DNA of 36,756 bases, taken from positions 89,921,926 through 89,958,681 of the forward strand of contig NC_068988.1 in the NCBI RefSeq assembly GCF_001194135.2, written 5' to 3'. The notes beneath the pieces are model-generated. The model was not told the DNA's origin and did no database searches. It saw only the letters and a list, made by a program, of their open reading frames with translations. Position 1 is the stretch's first letter; the number at the start of each line of letters is the position of its first letter. Positions 34,569-36,756 of this stretch are shown one piece after another. Origin of the DNA: Octopus bimaculoides. Taxonomy: Eukaryota. Position numbers and translations under genes: made by a program.

Positions 34569-35692
34569 CATGTATACATGTGTATGTGTGTACCTTTACG
34601 GTATACGTTGTCGAAAATCAATTATAAGGGAATTATATTTATGCAAAATTCTTAAAAGGTACTTTTCAATTTCAAATAGACTTAATTGAACATTTCGCCT
34701 GATGCAGGCTAATGTATGTGTGCAATAAAATTAGCTGCAATATATGTGCATTTCCGGAATTACATGCTACATTTATGACACCCACTTCCACCGGCACCAG
34801 ATATCGTAGGTGTTAAAACGCAAAAGAAAAAATTGACACGCATTTGGATTCTTAGAAATATTGAAATTGATGGCGTATAATTAAAGACTCTCTGACGGTG
34901 TTGATTTTGGCGTTGTTATTGTTATTACTTTTAATGTTAATGCCTTGTTCTTTTTAATTATATTTTCTATATTGTTAATGATGTTTTTCCTACAATTGTT
35001 CTTGCCGATACACTGTGTTAAAAATGTAAAATATATTTGCGTATATGTTTTTGTTGTGTGCGGCTGATTATATCTTAAGGGTTGTCGTGCATTACATTTT
35101 TTTGTTTATCTTTCGAAAGAATAGAGACAGTAAAAGTTAAATTACATAAAAGAGACAATCGCTAATTACTGAAATTTAGACCCTGCGTTTATAAATACGC
35201 AACTGCATTCAGTCATATATGCAAGCTATGTGTGTGTTTTTAATATATATATATATATATATANNNNNNNNNNNNNNNNNNNNNNNNNNNNNNNNNNNNN
35301 NNNNNNNNNNNNNNNNNNNNNNNNNNNNNNNNNNNNNNNNNNNNNNNNNNNNNNNNNNNNNNNNNNNNNNNNNNNNNNNNNNNNNNNNNNNNNNNNNNNN
35401 NNNNNNNNNNNNNNNNNNNNNNNNNNNNNNNNNNNNNNNNNNNNNNNNNNNNNNNNNNNNNNNNNNNNNNNNNNNNNNNNNNNNNNNNNNNNNNNNNNNT
35501 ATATATGCACATGTATATGTTGGTTGGGGTTATCTATGTCTATATCTCTTTATATGTATAAAGAGGAAAGATGGAATTACAATTACATACATGATAAATT
35601 CATTCACGTAAGATCATGTATTTTAGACGATATAAATAGATTTGCACGGCTGTTTCAACTACTAGTTGTGTAGATGATATTATAAGGCATAT

Positions 35693-35984
35693 TGTTATAA
35701 TGAAAATGATACACCCCTTCCCACGTGACACAGTGGTATGACTTGGCCACTATAAAGTCAGACATTCAGTCGTTGTAGGAGGGTAAGTAGTAGTTGAGTC
35801 GTTGTACGAGTTCTCAGTTGTGGTGTGTCAGTTACATGATATATACGAGTTCGAGTTACCGTCAAGCTAGACGTTTCATAGTCATCGTCTTGCGGAGCTT
35901 TTCAGTGATAGCACGATAGACGAGTCAAAGAAAATAAAACGTGCAATATTGCCGCAACATAAGAGTAGCGACAAGAATATTACA
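35693..35984 (+). mobile_element. Probable 5' LTR of a Ty3/Gypsy element
   Basis: Begins TGTTATA and ends TATTACA, with TATAAA at 35751 and AATAAA at 35933. A PBS-like gcgccgacga follows, then a gag remnant. Confidence 0.6.
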
Positions 35985-36191
35985 GCGCCGACGATATCAT
36001 ACAAGTGGACGGGGATCTCACATTATAAACAGTTTACGTGGACAACATTGTCCAAAAAATTGTTTTCTCACGAGAAGTAAACAATTCACGCGAACGACGT
36101 TGAAAGATGTTGACATGCAGAAATTAAAAAAATCGATAGAGGAGTAACAAATATTATTGTTGTAGTTATTTTACTCAAAATCTATAAAATT

Positions 36192-36590
36192 ATGGAAAAC
36201 CTGTTAGATGGTCGAGTTGATTTGCGATAACAACAGCAATAACAACAAAACAAAGAACAAGAATAACAACAGATGTTACAGCACCAAATACTAGTGAGGT
36301 AGTGAAGCTGGTAACAAAACCAGGAAATAGGTTCTCGCCAGACCATGTAACAAATTTAATAAATGAATTTAAATATGACTCGGACGAAGTAGTCACCTGT
36401 GCGGGATTTTACTGAAGATTTTAACAAATTTTCGAAAAAGAATGCCAAGACTGGACGGACGAAATGAAAACACGTCTAATCCTGAGAAAACTGGTAACGA
36501 CAGAGCATGAAAGATACTATAACTTTATACTGCCTAACAAAGTTTTGCATAAATTTTGCGGACACAATTGACATTTTCATTCAACTACGG
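36192..36590 (+). pseudogene. Decayed Ty3/Gypsy gag N-terminus
   Basis: MENLL..Q-rich / FSPDHVTNLINEFKYDSDEVVTCAGFY*RF*QIFEKECQDWTDEMKTRLILRKLVTTEHERYYNFILP / FADTIDIF resembles Gypsy gag (EF.YDPE..F..Y..IF...C..W....K.RLLLRKL...EHE.Y.NFILP). Confidence 0.8.
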
Positions 36591-36756
36591 TAGTAGTTGA
36601 ATAATATTCTTAAGGCCGCAATTTACTCACACGCAGCATCTTCCAAAGCTTGTCGCTAATTTATTTCGTAACCAAACTGAAAACTCTTAACGTTTATGAA
36701 GAGGACTGATCCCTAGCTACATTTTGGCATAAACAAATGAGATTTGATATATATAT

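Overview
AT-rich eukaryotic DNA, dense in microsatellites, with 9 N-gaps mostly flanked by (TA)n or (CA)n, which is typical of a short-read assembly. The SINE families and repeat load suggest an octopus (coleoid cephalopod) genome; this is inference from recalled repeat families, not a database hit. I found no intact protein-coding gene and no RNA gene. Most listed ORFs are read-throughs of microsatellites or N-gaps; a few are pieces of decayed transposon ORFs. Recognisable content: about 25 copies or fragments of tRNA-derived SINEs (working names A, B, B', C); an internally deleted mariner (16.2-17.1 kb); two R4/Dong-clade LINE remnants embedded in (AAT)n; an RTE-clade RT remnant; and a Gypsy-type LTR with a decayed gag at the right end. 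The most notable unexplained structures are a near-perfect 112-nt hairpin (25456-25567), a 50-bp inverted repeat (12255-12394), a 104-bp spacerless (ATT)/(AAT) palindrome, SINE trimers (one bounded by a single TSD), several inverted SINE pairs that could form dsRNA, and a retroelement nest centred on AAT repeats (28.3-33.8 kb).
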